This document shows, in pieces, positions 11,513 through 21,421 of a stretch of 64,000 nt of DNA. The stretch's first letter is position 1, and each line of letters opens with the position of its first letter. The DNA comes from Cyanobacteriota bacterium (GTDB lineage: Bacteria > Cyanobacteriota > Cyanobacteriia > Cyanobacteriales > Nostocaceae), in NCBI GenBank assembly GCA_046045965.1, contig JBJOKS010000006.1, forward strand, positions 112,998 to 176,997, read 5' to 3'. The notes beneath the pieces were generated by a model. The model searched no databases, was not told the origin of the DNA, and saw only the letters and a list, made by a program, of their open reading frames with translations. A program made the position numbers and the translations under genes.

Positions 11513-12418
11513 ATGAACCAAGAAAATAACCAAGAAAATATTATAGTTGTAGCTGCGTTGTATAAATTCGTCAGCTTACCCGATTATCAAGAACTGCAAG
11601 CACCGCTGTTATTATTTTGTCAGCAACAAGACATCAAAGGGACAATTTTACTAGCAAAAGAAGGCGTTAACGGAACTATTGCAGGTTCTCGTTCAGCGAT
11701 AGATGCGGTTTTAGGGTTTCTGCGTAGTGATACTCGGTTAGCAGACTTAGAACATAAAGAATCTTACACAGAAACACCGCCTTTTGAAAAGATGAAAGTG
11801 CGGTTAAAACGAGAAATTGTCACATTGGGAATACCGGAAGTTGACCCAAATGAACAGGTGGGAAATTACGTTAGTCCAAAGGAATGGAATGATTTAATTT
11901 CCGATCCAGAGGTGACAGTCATTGATACCCGGAATGATTATGAGGTAAGTATAGGAACTTTCAAAAGAGCAGAAAATCCCCAAACGCAGATTTTCCGAGA
12001 ATTTCCTGAATACGTGAGTAAAAATCTAGACCCAAATAAACATAAAAAAGTTGCTTTATTCTGTACAGGTGGGATTAGATGCGAAAAAGCCTCATCCTAT
12101 ATGTTATCACAAGGCTTTGAAGAAGTTTATCATCTCAAAGGCGGTATTCTTAAATATTTAGAAGAAGTCCCCAAAGAAGAAAGTTTGTGGGAAGGGGAAT
12201 GTTTTGTATTTGATGAACGGGTTGCAGTGCGTCACGGGTTGGAAGAAGGCAGTCATGAGTTATGCTTTTGTTGCGGTCATCCCATTGCTGAGGCAGATAA
12301 AACTTCACCTAAGTATGAAGAAGGTATTTCCTGTCCCCACTGTTTTGATAGTTTAACGGAAGAGAAAAAAGCGAGACAACAGGAGAAGTGGAAGCAATAT
12401 AAGTTACAGAATTTTTAA
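11513..12418 (+). CDS. trhO: Rhodanese-domain tRNA U34 hydroxylase (YceA/TrhO family)
   Basis: [46 protein letters not shown] motifs. Confidence 0.9.
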   Translation: MNQENNQENIIVVAALYKFVSLPDYQELQAPLLLFCQQQDIKGTILLAKEGVNGTIAGSRSAIDAVLGFLRSDTRLADLEHKESYTETPPFEKMKVRLKREIVTLGIPEVDPNEQVGNYVSPKEWNDLISDPEVTVIDTRNDYEVSIGTFKRAENPQTQIFREFPEYVSKNLDPNKHKKVALFCTGGIRCEKASSYMLSQGFEEVYHLKGGILKYLEEVPKEESLWEGECFVFDERVAVRHGLEEGSHELCFCCGHPIAEADKTSPKYEEGISCPHCFDSLTEEKKARQQEKWKQYKLQNF

Positions 12419-12685
12419 AGCTCACGCAGAGTAGCAGAGAGATAAAACCTCTTTTCTCTGTGTCCTCTGTGTCTCTGTGGTTTGTTACTCATAAATTTTT
12501 TAAATCTCAAAAATCCAAAAATTTTTCAACTCCCTTTTTTTCGCAATAATCACCCTCTATTCTCAAGATTATTGAGAACATTATCAATAATTTGACGAGA
12601 ATAGGTTTTTTCAGCCATTGATATTGACATACTCTTTTTTTCTGGTATCATCTATGTATGATCCAAGGGAGTCATATATCAAGCT

Positions 12686-13372
12686 TCAGTTACTCTTGGA
12701 TGCAAGTATTTTGTCAGATAACATAATTTTTGTTCCGTTCACTGCAATTTTTCCTTCTTGAGTGAGTTTGTAAAAAGCGCGAGAAAGGGTTTCAGGAACA
12801 GTACCTAATAAAGCTGCTAGTTGGGTTTTGGGTAAATCTAATTCGACAACGTTAATATTACCGTTTTTCTGACTTAATTTTAATAAGTAATTGGTTAATC
12901 TTTCTGGGACTTCCTGAAAAGAAAGAGCGTTAACCAGGTGAGTTAAATGTCTCAGATGTCGTGCAAAAGTTCCCAACATTGATATTGCTAAAGTTGGATG
13001 TTGTTGTAAAACCATGAAAAATGAAGTTCTGGGAATAAACACAACTTCAGAAATTTCTATTGCTGCTGCGGATGCGGGGAAGTTTCCACCATCAAAAGCG
13101 GGAACTTCTGCAAAATATTCTGAGGTTTCAAAGATGTGTAATATTTGTTCTTTACCGTTATTTGCTACTTTAAATACTTTGATTTTACCAGATTTAACAA
13201 TAAAAAATCCCGTTGCTGTGTCCCCTTCCCAAAATAGGGTTTCGTTTTTTTTGTAAGTTTGGAGAATGGAAATATTCGCAACTGCTTGGAGTTGTTCGTC
13301 AATGATGTTTTGAAATATTGGTGTTGTGTGGAGGAAGTTTTTAACTTCTAGGACTTTTTCGGTGAGAGTCAT
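12686..13372 (-). CDS. Crp/Fnr-family transcriptional regulator (HcpR-like by context)
   Basis: cNMP-binding domain plus HTH LAALLGTVPETLSR; divergent from hcp. Confidence 0.9.
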   Translation of the reverse strand: MTLTEKVLEVKNFLHTTPIFQNIIDEQLQAVANISILQTYKKNETLFWEGDTATGFFIVKSGKIKVFKVANNGKEQILHIFETSEYFAEVPAFDGGNFPASAAAIEISEVVFIPRTSFFMVLQQHPTLAISMLGTFARHLRHLTHLVNALSFQEVPERLTNYLLKLSQKNGNINVVELDLPKTQLAALLGTVPETLSRAFYKLTQEGKIAVNGTKIMLSDKILASKSN

Positions 13373-13493
13373 GGGGATGATGTCTGATTCAGGATATCCA
13401 GGATTTAAGGATGTACAGGATGAAATAGGGATTTAATATCTAAGAATATCTAAGTTTTGTGAAAGCACAAGTAGGGGAAATTAACAAAAAAAT

Positions 13494-13820
13494 TCAGGAG
13501 GAAATAACTTTTGTTTGCACATTGATATCAACATTTAGCTTTTTCCTTAAAACATTAAAAATTGCAGTTAGATTATCCATTGTTGGATTACCTTTTGCAG
13601 ATAACATTCGATGAAGACTCTTACTTGGTTTAGAAGTTTCAATTGCTAACTGTTCAAAACCTACTGTTGCATTAACAATGTCTCTTAAAATAAGTCTTGC
13701 TGTTTCCGGTTCACCGTTGAGGAAAAGAGATATAGCTTCATCAAATAAAGCTATGACAAACTCAGGATCTTTTTGGAATCTTGCATTAACAGTTTCTTGA
13801 AAGTCTCTAGTAAGTGTCAT
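13494..13820 (-). CDS. HTH antitoxin (addiction module antidote)
   Basis: ARLILRDIVNATVGFEQLA..SLHRMLSAKGNPTMDNL; immediately downstream of the toxin gene. Confidence 0.8.
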   Translation of the reverse strand: MTLTRDFQETVNARFQKDPEFVIALFDEAISLFLNGEPETARLILRDIVNATVGFEQLAIETSKPSKSLHRMLSAKGNPTMDNLTAIFNVLRKKLNVDINVQTKVISS

Positions 13821-13825
13821 AGTAA

Positions 13826-14197
13826 CTACCTCTTATATCCTGTCTCGTTTTCAGCGTCTTGCGTTTTCCTAACTTCTTTTTTTCGTCTTTTGTACTCTTG
13901 GTATAATTCCTTAGCACGATTAATATCAGATTGCTGATTTTTCTTTGTCCCTCCACCAAATAATATTATCAGTTGCTTACCATCCTGAGCTAAATAAATC
14001 CGATATCCTGGACCCCAATCAATCCTATATTCACCTATGCCATCAAACCATTTAACATTTGATGTATTTCCTAACTGCAAACGAGACTTAGCAACTGTTA
14101 CTTTTGCAGCAGCTTTGGCATCTAAGCTATCAAACCATTCTTGGTAAGGGCTTGAACCATCTTCTTGAATATATTCTTGAACTTTGATAATAGACAT
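13826..14197 (-). CDS. RelE/ParE/HigB-like toxin (addiction module killer protein)
   Basis: [41 protein letters not shown]. Confidence 0.85.
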   Translation of the reverse strand: MSIIKVQEYIQEDGSSPYQEWFDSLDAKAAAKVTVAKSRLQLGNTSNVKWFDGIGEYRIDWGPGYRIYLAQDGKQLIILFGGGTKKNQQSDINRAKELYQEYKRRKKEVRKTQDAENETGYKR

Positions 14198-14203
14198 AAA
14201 ATC

Positions 14204-14232
14204 ATGGTAACTTATGTGTTACTATAATTCAA
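14204..14232 (-). promoter_or_regulatory. Putative TA promoter with overlapping operator palindrome
   Basis: Minus strand TTGAAT-N17-TACCAT-N6-ATG; inverted repeat ATGGTAAC-N6-GTTACTAT at 14204-14225. Confidence 0.55.
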
Positions 14233-14331
14233 GTGGTTCTAGTGTAAATAAATTTAATGACAAATTAATTACAAATCAATAAATTTTAATAAATATGTAC
14301 TAAAAAACTTTACCAAACTTTACCAATACAC

Positions 14332-14373
14332 TTGACTTAAATCAAGGATATCCCCAATCGCAATGACTAAACT
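14332..14373 (+). promoter_or_regulatory. FNR/HcpR-type box and -10 element of hcp (class II promoter)
   Basis: TTGACTTAAATCAA (14332-14345) matches TTGAT-N4-ATCAA at 9/10; TAAACT at 14368-14373 puts the box centre near -41.5. Confidence 0.7.
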
Positions 14374-14401
14374 GTAAGCATCAAGAGTTGAGGAACGAAT
14401 T

Positions 14402-16036
14402 ATGTTCTGTAACCAATGTGAACAAACCACCCGTGGAGATGTCTGTCATCAGTGGGGTGCGTGTGGTAAAAGTCCCGAAGTTGACGCTTTACAAGATTTA
14501 TTAGTACATTGTTTACGCGGACTTTCCCAAATAGCATTACAAGCAAAATCTTTAGGTATTAATACTCGTGACACCGATGAATTTACCTGTGAAATGCTAT
14601 TTTCCACATTAACCAATGTGAATTTTACCACTGCTGATTTTATGGCTTTTGTGAATCGTGCGATCGCACTTCGTGAAAGTCTCAAGTTAAAAATTCAAGC
14701 ATTAGGTAATAAAGTTGTAGAATCAACAATTAATACTTTTCAACCTGCCAGTAGTTTAGCAGCACAAGTTCAACAAGGTAAAGATTTAGAATTTGAATTT
14801 ATCAGTCAATCAGCGAAGAATGTTGATATTTTCTCTCTCAAACTTACCATATTATATGGTTTAAAAGGTGTTGCTGCTTACGCTTTCCATGCCTTAGAAT
14901 TAAATCAGCATGATGAAGGTTTATATACATTCTGCCATGAAGTTTTAGCTAATTTAGATGACCAAGATAAAACTTTACAAGATTGGTTGAATTTAGCTTT
15001 AAAAGTTGGGGAAATTAACCTCACAGCAATGCAGCTTTTAGACGCAGGAAATACAGAAACCTTTGGACATCCCACACCTACACCCGTAATTTTAGGACAT
15101 ACAACTGGTAAAGCAATTCTCGTTTCTGGACATGATTTATTAGCATTAAAAGCTATTTTAGAAGCAACCGCAGGAACAGAAATTAAAATTTATACTCATG
15201 GGGAATTATTACCAGCACATGGCTATCCTAAATTAAAACAGCAATATCCCCATCTTTATGGACATTATGGTACAGCATGGCAAAATCAAACCCATGAATT
15301 TGAACATTTTCCTGGTGCGATCGCTATGACTACCAACTGTCTTGTACCTCCCCATGAAAGCTATAAACATAAAGTATTCACATTAGGTCCTGTAGGTTAT
15401 CCTGGTTTAGATCACGTTAGCATTTCCGATGTTTCACCCATCATCAATAAAGCCTTAGAATTACCTGGTTTTACAGATGAAGAAAACAAAGGACAAGTAA
15501 CCACAGGTTTTGCCAGAAATGCAGTTTTGAGTGTTGCAGATACAGTCATTAATGCTGTCAAAGCAGGACAAATAAAACACTTCTTTTTAGTAGGTGGTTG
15601 TGATGGTGCAAAACCAGGCAGAAACTACTATAGTGAATTAGTAGAACAGATGCCAAATGATTGTATAGTCTTAACATTAGGTTGTGGAAAATTCCGCTTC
15701 TTTGATCAACAATTAGGTGAAATTGGTGGTATTCCCAGATTATTAGATGTGGGACAATGTAATGATGCTTATTCTGCAATTCAAATTGCCGTAGCTTTAG
15801 CAAATGCCTTTAAAGTAGGAGTGAACGAACTACCATTATCAATGGTGTTATCTTGGTATGAACAAAAGGCGATCGCCGTTTTATTAACCTTACTTTATTT
15901 AGGTATCAAAAACATTCGCATCGGTCCCACCCTTCCCGCTTTCCTATCAGCAAACGTTGTCAAATTACTATCAGAAACCTATCATTTACAACTCATCACC
16001 ACACCAGAACAAGATTTAGCAGCGTGTCTTGGTTAA
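14402..16036 (+). CDS. hcp: Hybrid cluster protein (hydroxylamine/NO reductase)
   Basis: MFCNQCEQT..CGK, YTHGELLPAH, FFLVGGCDG, GQCNDAY, SWYEQKA. Confidence 0.97.
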   Translation: MFCNQCEQTTRGDVCHQWGACGKSPEVDALQDLLVHCLRGLSQIALQAKSLGINTRDTDEFTCEMLFSTLTNVNFTTADFMAFVNRAIALRESLKLKIQALGNKVVESTINTFQPASSLAAQVQQGKDLEFEFISQSAKNVDIFSLKLTILYGLKGVAAYAFHALELNQHDEGLYTFCHEVLANLDDQDKTLQDWLNLALKVGEINLTAMQLLDAGNTETFGHPTPTPVILGHTTGKAILVSGHDLLALKAILEATAGTEIKIYTHGELLPAHGYPKLKQQYPHLYGHYGTAWQNQTHEFEHFPGAIAMTTNCLVPPHESYKHKVFTLGPVGYPGLDHVSISDVSPIINKALELPGFTDEENKGQVTTGFARNAVLSVADTVINAVKAGQIKHFFLVGGCDGAKPGRNYYSELVEQMPNDCIVLTLGCGKFRFFDQQLGEIGGIPRLLDVGQCNDAYSAIQIAVALANAFKVGVNELPLSMVLSWYEQKAIAVLLTLLYLGIKNIRIGPTLPAFLSANVVKLLSETYHLQLITTPEQDLAACLG

Positions 16037-16116
16037 ATACTGATTAGATCCCCGACTTCTATTTGAAGACCATAATAAAATGATCAATTAATCATAGAAG
16101 TCGGAGATATTAAATA

Positions 16117-16404
16117 TCAGCAAGTACCTATTTCGTTCTCATCCCAAACTTCCAACTTCAATTCTTGCAGATAATTTAAACCATTAGCAATTTGCGATTC
16201 AGTTCCCTGTAAATCTAAATCAAAGCAACCATCACTGACATCAAACCAACCATCACTTATCATTTCTTGACCTAAAAAAGCTGCTTTAATATTAACAGTC
16301 AAACCAAACTCAGAAACCAACCGAGAAATGATAGGTTCTTGATGATAATCCTTAGTAATTTTCACCCTAATACGCTGACTTTTCAAAACATTTTCATTAC
16401 TCAT
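16117..16404 (-). CDS. Stand-alone NIL-domain protein (copy 2, with a 7-aa internal duplication)
   Basis: QEPIISRLVSEFGLTVNIKAA..GWFD.L.G; ATG 16404 aligns with the start of the paralog. Confidence 0.8.
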   Translation of the reverse strand: MSNENVLKSQRIRVKITKDYHQEPIISRLVSEFGLTVNIKAAFLGQEMISDGWFDVSDGCFDLDLQGTESQIANGLNYLQELKLEVWDENEIGTC

Positions 16405-16566
16405 AAAAACCTCAAACAATCAAATTACAAACCAAAACTAATCATCGAACTCTAAAGAGAACCCAGCTTAAATATCTGCCCTGAGTGTAATTCCTTCCTA
16501 TCTTAGCTATCAGATACGCGGCTTCGTATTTTTAATATCACAAATCGAGTATCTTAAATATTAAGA

Positions 16567-16833
16567 TCACCAATTACCTATTCTATGCTCATCCCAAACT
16601 TCCAAATTCAAATCTTGCAGATAAATTAAACCATTAGCAATTTGCGATTCAGTTCCCTGTAAATCTAAATCAAACCAACCATCACTAATAGCATCCTGAC
16701 CTAAAAAAGCAGCTTTGATATTGATCGTTAAACCATAATCAGAAACCAGACGAGAAATAACAGGTTCTTGATGAAAGTCTTTAGTAATTCTCACCCTAAT
16801 TCTTTGACTTGTCAATACATTTTCATCACTCAT
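16567..16833 (-). CDS. Stand-alone NIL-domain protein (copy 1)
   Basis: QEPVISRLVSDYGLTINIKAA..DGWFDLDLQG. Confidence 0.85.
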   Translation of the reverse strand: MSDENVLTSQRIRVRITKDFHQEPVISRLVSDYGLTINIKAAFLGQDAISDGWFDLDLQGTESQIANGLIYLQDLNLEVWDEHRIGNW

Positions 16834-17005
16834 AAAAACCCCAAAAAAATAAAATTGCCAACCGAAACCAATCTAACTCATTTGCAACCTACACTCACAG
16901 AAAACCCTTTCAAATCTCTTCTCTCCGTGTCCTCTGTGGTTCGTTCATAAAAACCAACTTAATATTTAACGAACCGCAAAGAACGCAAAGAGCGCAAAGT
17001 CAGAA

Positions 17006-17833
17006 TTATTCCACATCCTTAATACGGGTTTTCCGTTCCAAAACTTCCTTCAACACTAAAGTAATAACTGCCAAAAATGCCAACAATACCGCCGCAGAAA
17101 AAGCCGCTTCCGTTTCATATTGTTTATAGGCATCTTCCACAAACAAAGGTAAACTTTGGGTCTTAGTAGCAATATTACCAGACACCACAGAAACAGCCCC
17201 AAATTCACCCATAGCCCTAGCATTTGTTAAAATCAAACCATAGAGTAAACCCCAACGAATACTAGGTAAAGTCACACGCCAAAAAGTTTGCCATTCATTT
17301 GCACCCAAAGTTTTTGCTGCTTCTTCTTGGTCCTTACCAAACTCCTCTAAAACCGGTATTACTTCCCTAGCCACAAATGGCATACTTACAAAAGAAGTAG
17401 CTAACACCATTCCCGGAAAAGCAAAAATAATTTGAATATCATGAGATTGTAAAAAACCACCAAACCAACCTTGTCTACCATAGAGTAAAACAATCATCAA
17501 ACCTGCAACAACTGGAGAGATAGAAAAAGGCAGGTCAATAATACTCAGAACTATAGCACGACCAGGGAATTTATGACGAGCGATCGCCCAAGCTGCACAC
17601 AAACCAAAAACAGTATTGATAGGTATTGCAATCACCGCTAATAATAAAGTTAACCAAGCAGCATGGAGAAAGTCTGTTCTGGTTAAGTTCTCAAAAAATG
17701 GTCCAATTCCCTTTTTAAAAGCTTGGTAAAATACATTAATAGTTGGGATATACTGCACCAAAAATAAATAACCAACGGCTATCCCAATTAAAACCCCTGG
17801 AACCCAACTTTGCTTTGGTTTACCTGTTGTCAT
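17006..17833 (-). CDS. cysW: Sulfate ABC transporter permease CysW
   Basis: [30 protein letters not shown]. Confidence 0.95.
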   Translation of the reverse strand: MTTGKPKQSWVPGVLIGIAVGYLFLVQYIPTINVFYQAFKKGIGPFFENLTRTDFLHAAWLTLLLAVIAIPINTVFGLCAAWAIARHKFPGRAIVLSIIDLPFSISPVVAGLMIVLLYGRQGWFGGFLQSHDIQIIFAFPGMVLATSFVSMPFVAREVIPVLEEFGKDQEEAAKTLGANEWQTFWRVTLPSIRWGLLYGLILTNARAMGEFGAVSVVSGNIATKTQSLPLFVEDAYKQYETEAAFSAAVLLAFLAVITLVLKEVLERKTRIKDVE

Positions 17834-18689
17834 ATCTTCTTGCCCAAGCTTGTAATAAATTAATTGCTAACAGTAAAACTAGAGAAATTGCCAATAAAAC
17901 AACCCCTATCACCGTTGCACCTGAATAATCATATTGTTCCAAACGTTGGAAAATTAACACTGGTGCAATTAAATCTTGAAAAGGCGTATTAGAAGCAATA
18001 ATCACTGTTGAACCATACTCACCCACCGCACGGGAAAAACCCAAAGCTACACCGGTTAAGATTGTCGGAAATAAAGGCGGTAAAATCACCTTTGTAAAAG
18101 TTGTCCACTCAGAAGCGCCCAAACTCCAAGCCGCTTCTTCAATTTCCTTTTCCATCTCCTGCAACACAGGTTGTACAGTCCGCACCACAAAAGGCAAAGA
18201 TATATATATCATTGCTACAGCCACACCCAAACGAGTAAAAGAAACCTTAATACCCAAAGGTGCAAGTAAAGAACCGATCCAACCATTATCGCTATACACA
18301 GTTGCTAAAGTTAAACCTGCTACCGATGTCGGCAAAGCAAACGGTAAATCTACTGTAGCATCAAAAATTTTCTTTAAGGGAAAATCGTACCTTACCAATA
18401 CCCAAGCAATCAATGTACCAAATACACCATTAACCACCGCTGCCAAAAGTGAAGTTACAAAAGTAACATTGTATGTTGCCAATGCGAGTTCACTGGTAGC
18501 AATTGCCCAAAACTTTGCAGGTGGTTCTGTACTTGCTTTCAAGAACATTGCCACAATGGGCATAAACAACATGAAAGTTAGGTATAAAATTGTAATCCGC
18601 CATGTCCAAGGTAGACGAATTACTTTATCTAAAAACACCTTCAAAATAGGAGTTTTTTTACCGTTTTCCAAACTCGTAGATACCGCCAT
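17820..18689 (-). CDS. cysT: Sulfate ABC transporter permease CysT
   Basis: [34 protein letters not shown]. Confidence 0.95.
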   Translation of the reverse strand: MAVSTSLENGKKTPILKVFLDKVIRLPWTWRITILYLTFMLFMPIVAMFLKASTEPPAKFWAIATSELALATYNVTFVTSLLAAVVNGVFGTLIAWVLVRYDFPLKKIFDATVDLPFALPTSVAGLTLATVYSDNGWIGSLLAPLGIKVSFTRLGVAVAMIYISLPFVVRTVQPVLQEMEKEIEEAAWSLGASEWTTFTKVILPPLFPTILTGVALGFSRAVGEYGSTVIIASNTPFQDLIAPVLIFQRLEQYDYSGATVIGVVLLAISLVLLLAINLLQAWARRYDNR

Positions 18690-18735
18690 AATTCAAACTT
18701 CAAAATCAAACTTCAAAATTTCCAACAATTACCAA

Positions 18736-19827
18736 TTATCTTTTTTTAGCTTGAATTTGATCAAATAATGCCCCATCATCAAAAAACTTTTTCTGCACAG
18801 TATCCCAACCACCTAAATCTTGAACTGTACCCAAAGTTTTCACAGGGGGATATTTATCAGCAAATTCCTTTGATTTTGCTACGGTTTCATCCACAGGACG
18901 AAAACCAACTTTCGCAAATTCTGTCTGTGCTTCAGGAGTAAATAGGTACTGAACAAAAGCCTCGACTACTTCCCTATTTCCATGTTTATCAACATTCTTA
19001 TCCACAATCGCAACAGGGTTATCAATAGAAATATTCACATCAGGAATCACATAATTTACCTTCACTCCCTTTTCTTGTGCCAAAACAATTTCATTTTCAT
19101 AATTAATCAACGCATCACCCTGACCCTGTTTAAAAAATGCGTCCGTAGCTTCACGTGCATCCCTAGTTAAAATAGGAACGTTATTGTAAACCTTGGTCAC
19201 AAACTCTGTCGCTTTAGCCTCATCCCCACCAGTTTTAATTGCAGAGTTCCACAAAGCCAAGAAATTCCAACGTGCTACCCCTGATGTTTTCGGATCGGCA
19301 GTAATTACTTTTACACCATCTTGAGCTAAATCTGCCCAGGTTTTGATCCCTTTAGGATTACCTTCACGAGTCACTAATGCAGCTACAGACTTAGAAGCGA
19401 CAGCATTATTAGGAGCTTCCTTTTCCCATCCTGGCTGAATTAAACCTGCTTTTTCAATTTTTTGGGTATCCAAAGCTAATGCTAAATGAACAATATCAGC
19501 TTCTAACCCATCAATAACGGCGCGTGTTTGCGAACCTGAACCGCCATAGCTTTGTTTAAATGTTACCTTTTGTCCATGTTCTTTCTGCCATTTTTCCACA
19601 AACTTGGGAATGATTGCTTCGTGCGCTGTTTTCGTCACAGCAAAAGAGACTAGGGTAATTTCTGCATCTTTCTTTTTAGCATCTGTAGAAGTTGGATTTT
19701 GAGTATTATTCTCATTTCCACTACTACAAGCAGCAAGTGCCACACTCAAAAATGCTCCTGCTAAAAACAGGGATAGAAAGCTCTTTACCGATTTTATACG
19801 CAACCTTGGATGCTGCAACCAACTCAT
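18736..19827 (-). CDS. sbp: Sulfate-binding protein (lipoprotein form)
   Basis: LAAC lipobox, QSYGGSGSQTRAVIDGL, DPKTSGVARWNFL. Confidence 0.93.
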   Translation of the reverse strand: MSWLQHPRLRIKSVKSFLSLFLAGAFLSVALAACSSGNENNTQNPTSTDAKKKDAEITLVSFAVTKTAHEAIIPKFVEKWQKEHGQKVTFKQSYGGSGSQTRAVIDGLEADIVHLALALDTQKIEKAGLIQPGWEKEAPNNAVASKSVAALVTREGNPKGIKTWADLAQDGVKVITADPKTSGVARWNFLALWNSAIKTGGDEAKATEFVTKVYNNVPILTRDAREATDAFFKQGQGDALINYENEIVLAQEKGVKVNYVIPDVNISIDNPVAIVDKNVDKHGNREVVEAFVQYLFTPEAQTEFAKVGFRPVDETVAKSKEFADKYPPVKTLGTVQDLGGWDTVQKKFFDDGALFDQIQAKKR

Positions 19828-20155
19828 GCTCTGTTCTCCTGGAAATCTGAATTGCGGATAAACTTCACTTTCACGATAGGGAATATGGGGATTGTAGCAG
19901 ATTTGAGGGAAATATATTTTTGATCACCTCATGATCACATCAAAATAACTCCCAACTTCGGATATATTTATAACTTTATATTATCAAATACAAATAATTT
20001 ATCATAAAAATAAATACACGCATTCCTCGATAGATATTTTGTATTTTATATCTTGATTTTCGCGATCGCATCTGATACGCTCTGTTTTTGTAAACAAATT
20101 ACAGTTAGTCTATCAGATTACCGTAGATTATTTGAACACCACAGGAACACCTTTT

Positions 20156-21238
20156 ATGACATACAAAACCGCAAAATCAGCGAAACTCCTGCCTGTAAAA
20201 ACAGCATCAACCATACTGTTAGCCATCAGTGTCAGTGCAAATACGGTAGTTCCTGTCTTTGCAGAAACTACAGCCCAAAATAAACAACTAATTAGTCAAA
20301 ACACCAAGAAAGTAGAAATCACCTTGGTATCTTACGCAGTTACAAAAGCTGCTTACAGTAAAATCATTCCTCAGTTTGTAGCCAAATGGAAACGAGAAAA
20401 AGGTCAGGATGTGATTATTCGGGAAAGTTATGGTGGTTCAGGTTCTCAAACCCGTGCTGTCATTGATGGCTTACAAGCAGATGTGGTAGCCTTAGCCTTG
20501 GGTTTAGATACCAAAAAAATCGAACAAGCAGGTTTAATTAACCCTGGTTGGGAAAAAGAAGCGCCCAACAACTCCATCATTACCCGTTCAGTGGTAGCAT
20601 TAGAAACGCGCCCAGGTAATCCTAAAGGCATCAAAACCTGGAATGATTTAATCAAACCGGGAGTAAAAATAGTCACGGCCAACCCCAAGACCTCTGGTGG
20701 TGCAAGGTGGAATTTTTTAGCTTTGTGGGGAGCCGTTGCTAAAAATGGTGGTAATGAAAACCAAGCCTTGAATTTTGTCCAACAAGTATTTAGAAATGTA
20801 GTAGTTTTACCCAAAGATGCCAGAGAATCTAGTGATGCCTTTTACAAGAAAAACCAAGGAGATGTGCTACTTAACTACGAAAACGAAGTAATTTTAGCAG
20901 CACAACAGGGTAAAACAGATACTACTTACGTAGTTCCTTCCACGAATATTTCTATTGAAGGACCCGTGGCTGTGGTTGATAAAAATGTAGATAAACGTGG
21001 TACTCGTGCAGTATCAGAAGCATTAGTTAAGTTTTTATTTACACCAGAAGCACAGCGGGAATTTGCCAAAGTAGGTTTTCGACCAGTGAACCCGACAGTA
21101 GCCAAAGAAGTACAGAGTAAATTTTCCAAAATTGCCAAACTTTATACAGTGGGTAGTCTAGGAGGTTGGGATAGTGTGCAGAAGAAGTTTTTTGATGACG
21201 GTGCTATTTTTGACAAAATCCAATCTAGCAAGCGGTAG
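20156..21238 (+). CDS. sbp: Second sulfate-binding protein (Sec signal, no lipobox)
   Basis: ESYGGSGSQTRAVIDGL, NPKTSGGARWNFL; start set at ATG 20156. Confidence 0.9.
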   Translation: MTYKTAKSAKLLPVKTASTILLAISVSANTVVPVFAETTAQNKQLISQNTKKVEITLVSYAVTKAAYSKIIPQFVAKWKREKGQDVIIRESYGGSGSQTRAVIDGLQADVVALALGLDTKKIEQAGLINPGWEKEAPNNSIITRSVVALETRPGNPKGIKTWNDLIKPGVKIVTANPKTSGGARWNFLALWGAVAKNGGNENQALNFVQQVFRNVVVLPKDARESSDAFYKKNQGDVLLNYENEVILAAQQGKTDTTYVVPSTNISIEGPVAVVDKNVDKRGTRAVSEALVKFLFTPEAQREFAKVGFRPVNPTVAKEVQSKFSKIAKLYTVGSLGGWDSVQKKFFDDGAIFDKIQSSKR

Positions 21239-21421
21239 AGTAGGGGACTGGGGACTGGGTATTTACTTCCCTACTTCCCCTACTTCCTCTGCCTCCTGCC
21301 TCCTGCCTCCTAACTCCTGCCTCCTGCCTCCTGCCTCCTGCCTCCTAAATTTGAAAAAATCCCTGCTAATATCCCCACAATTTGATACCCTAGCTTAAAC
21401 AGATTTGAGAAAAGTGAAAGC

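Noticed and set aside
14207..14222. Possible NtcA site upstream of the TA/hcp region
   Set aside because: Spacing is GTA-N10-TAC rather than GTA-N8-TAC; better explained as a TA operator.
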